This document shows positions 48,715 through 49,023 of a stretch of 49,023 nucleotides of DNA, in pieces. The notes under the pieces were generated by a model, which was given only the letters and a program-made list of their open reading frames with translations, was not told the origin of the DNA and made no database searches. The stretch is taken from NCBI GenBank assembly GCA_018334875.1, contig JAGXLC010000002.1, positions 1 to 49,023 on the forward strand. Direction: 5' to 3'. The position numbers were made by a program, and so were the translations under genes. The stretch's first letter is position 1; every line of letters starts with the position of its first letter. The DNA is from Bacteroidales bacterium (GTDB lineage: Bacteria > Bacteroidota > Bacteroidia > Bacteroidales > UBA12077).

Positions 48715-49020
48715 ATGAAAATGATTTATGTAACCTGTAATGTAAGCGTCAGAGAACCCCTCATCAACATGTTGGAAGACAACAAAGTAAGCGATTACCA
48801 GATTATAGAACAGGTACCGGCAAAAAACGTTAAAGGGGAACCAAGGCTGAATACGGCTGTTTGGCCAAGTTACAATTCGTCCATATTCATGCAGTTTATG
48901 GATGATAACCGCGCCAAAGCAATCATGGAAAAAATCAGGGAATTCAATCAAAATGCTTACAATGACAACGAACTTGCAACAGCATGTATGTGGACCCTGG
49001 ATGATTATTTCTATGACTAA
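48715..49020 (+). CDS. Small PII-like transporter-associated protein (PG0541-type)
   Basis: 101 aa immediately downstream of the RND gene, the position of PG0541 in the P. gingivalis PG0538-0541 locus. The family call rests on size and position only. Confidence 0.5.
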   Translation: MKMIYVTCNVSVREPLINMLEDNKVSDYQIIEQVPAKNVKGEPRLNTAVWPSYNSSIFMQFMDDNRAKAIMEKIREFNQNAYNDNELATACMWTLDDYFYD

Positions 49021-49023
49021 ATA

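Noticed and set aside
1-49023. CRISPR arrays, prophage or integrative elements, restriction-modification, toxin-antitoxin, retron or other defence islands
   Set aside because: I scanned both strands. There are no spaced direct repeats, no integrase/transposase/reverse transcriptase/nuclease-helicase combinations, and no obvious compositional island. The gene content is core metabolism throughout.

Overview
This AT-rich chromosomal window reads as core Bacteroidota genome. Supporting markers are T9SS porQ, a short 286-aa primary sigma factor, ribosomal protein bTHX, an ExbB/ExbD/ExbD cluster and a TetR/TolC/RND/PG0541-type efflux locus. It holds about 45 protein genes plus one tRNA-Ser(GGA), almost all housekeeping or central metabolism: priA, ATP-PFK, cmk, aroB, proline dehydrogenase, alr, ansA, tatD, gdhA, dprA, rpoD, methylmalonyl-CoA mutase mutA/mutB, purQ, a PPi-type PFK and folA-thyA. 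There is also a NuoE/NuoF/FdhA-type formate dehydrogenase module with an adjacent WtpA-like oxyanion-binding lipoprotein. I see no transposase, integrase, phage gene, CRISPR array, restriction, toxin-antitoxin or other recognisable defence module, so I do not think a novel multi-gene protein system is present. Three things are not explained by the coding annotation. (i) A conserved ~60-nt hairpin occurs three times (38457-38516 on the - strand, 41872-41931 and 42006-42067 on +). Two copies carry a further conserved 69-bp upstream block, so 129-bp gap-free inverted repeats bracket the purQ...pfp segment, and the substitution pattern favours a strand-specific structured RNA. (ii) The efflux operon has an apparent internal deletion: half a TolC gene abuts an RND gene that lacks its start codon, and there is no adaptor gene. 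(iii) The bTHX ORF is unusually long and its 3' end overlaps hairpin copy C. All functional calls come from motif recognition by eye, not from database searches.
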